Assembly (NCBI GenBank): GCA_964016885.1
Contig: OZ024740.1
Span: 30,442,001 to 30,506,000, forward strand
Source of the DNA: Eledone cirrhosa
Taxonomy: Eukaryota
Length of the DNA stretch: 64,000 nt
Reading direction: 5' to 3'
Shown: positions 62,789 through 64,000 of the stretch, one piece after another
Position numbering within the stretch: the first letter of the stretch is position 1
Layout: every line of letters starts with the position of its first letter
Position numbers and translations under genes: made by a program
Notes under the pieces: generated by a model
Told to the model about the DNA's origin: nothing
What the model saw: only the letters and a program-made list of their open reading frames with translations
The model's database searches: none

Positions 62789-64000
62789 GCAGCTTTTATC
62801 AGGAGTTTATCTTTAACACTGTGTTACGTTTGAAATGAGTTATAGGTTTCTTTTGTCAAAACACAAGGGGAAACTTTCATAAAATACAAAGAGGGTTCTA
62901 GGAAGTTAGAGACAATTACCCATTAAAATATATATATATATATGCGATATTAAACAAATGGAAACTATATTTATAAAACCATATTTATTTCATTATATAT
63001 ATTTCAGGGATATCATATTAAAAATATGGTATGCCTTCCTCAGACAAAATACAATATATAAACCGTTTTATAAATAAATTTGACATACCTTAAAACAGTG
63101 CAACTTCCATTTAAAAAGTTGATTTGGTAGTGAAAATGCTAAGGACAGTTAGAAAGAAAGACGAAGAGAAAAAAGAAAAAAAGAAGAGAAGAAGAAAGAA
63201 AGTGTATAGTGCTAAGGACAGTTAGAGAAGAAGATGAAGAGATGTATGTAAAGAAAAACAACAGAGCGAGATAGAGAGAGAAAGAGATATGGGAGAGAGA
63301 AATATATTGAGGAAGTGAAAAATGATAGGCAGCTTTGGGACAGATGATCAGCGTACAAATGAGAGATTAAGGAGGGAAGGGGGTACTGTAATAATTTATT
63401 TATTTATTTATTTAGTTATAGTGTTAAGGATACGGAGAGAAATAAAAATAAAAATAAAAATAAAAGGGCAAGAATATTATTATTAATATTAATGTATATT
63501 TTATGTCTATATATATATGTATGTACATATATGTATGGTGGAATCTTTTGTAACGCAATGAAGCTTTTCATGAAAAATATGAATTTACAGAGCCGATCAC
63601 GTAAATTCACATGTGTGTCTATAATTGTCAACTTGAATTTGAGATAACCTTCTCTTTTCTCTTTTTCTTTTTTCATGAAAATACATATATACTTATGTAT
63701 TTCAGTATTTTTGAAGTTTTATCTCAGATTTTGCTTATAAACCTAAGAATTTTTAAACTAAACATGGGGTCATTATTTTTTTCATTTTTTTTAAATAAGA
63801 TATAATGGTTATTGAGGCGGTTTGTATATTTTATCATTCTGTCTGCTTCTTGGTTAAATATTTCAAACAAATGTTGTTTTTCAACCCTTGTAATTTTAGA
63901 CACACGGTTTACTGTGTTTCTTACTATATATTATTAATCGGCTCAGTATTTATATTTATATTTATACTTGGAGCTTAATAGTTACAGGGTTCCAATTGAG

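Overview
AT-rich, repeat-dense eukaryotic DNA, most likely from a coleoid cephalopod (octopus-like; inferred from tRNA-derived SINEs with RTE-type (TGA)n tails, RTE LINEs and (TA)n/(CA)n microsatellites). The one host gene I can support is a minus-strand TMEM160-like mitochondrial membrane-protein gene assembled by hand from four coding exons (15699-15388, 11771-11747, 8797-8699, 6173-5983; 208 aa), with a possible first exon near 35.5 kb. The rest is mostly mobile DNA: an ORF-intact 5'-truncated RTE LINE carrying a PHD-like finger, degenerate RTE/BovB-like, CR1-like, mariner and gypsy pieces, Helitrons, several MITE families and two Penelope-like GIY-YIG fragments. Highlights: (1) about ten minimal type I hammerhead-ribozyme motifs from several Penelope-like/retrozyme-like families, two with intact cores directly downstream of GIY-YIG ORFs and several preceded by Pol II promoter motifs; (2) a TTAA-targeting MITE whose internal 60-bp segment has expanded into a 40-unit satellite; (3) a duplicated two-exon cassette that splices to a 108-aa K/R-rich protamine-like ORF (or is a decayed acidic-protein pseudogene), followed by a 4-kb hexamer array. 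All calls were read by eye without database searches.
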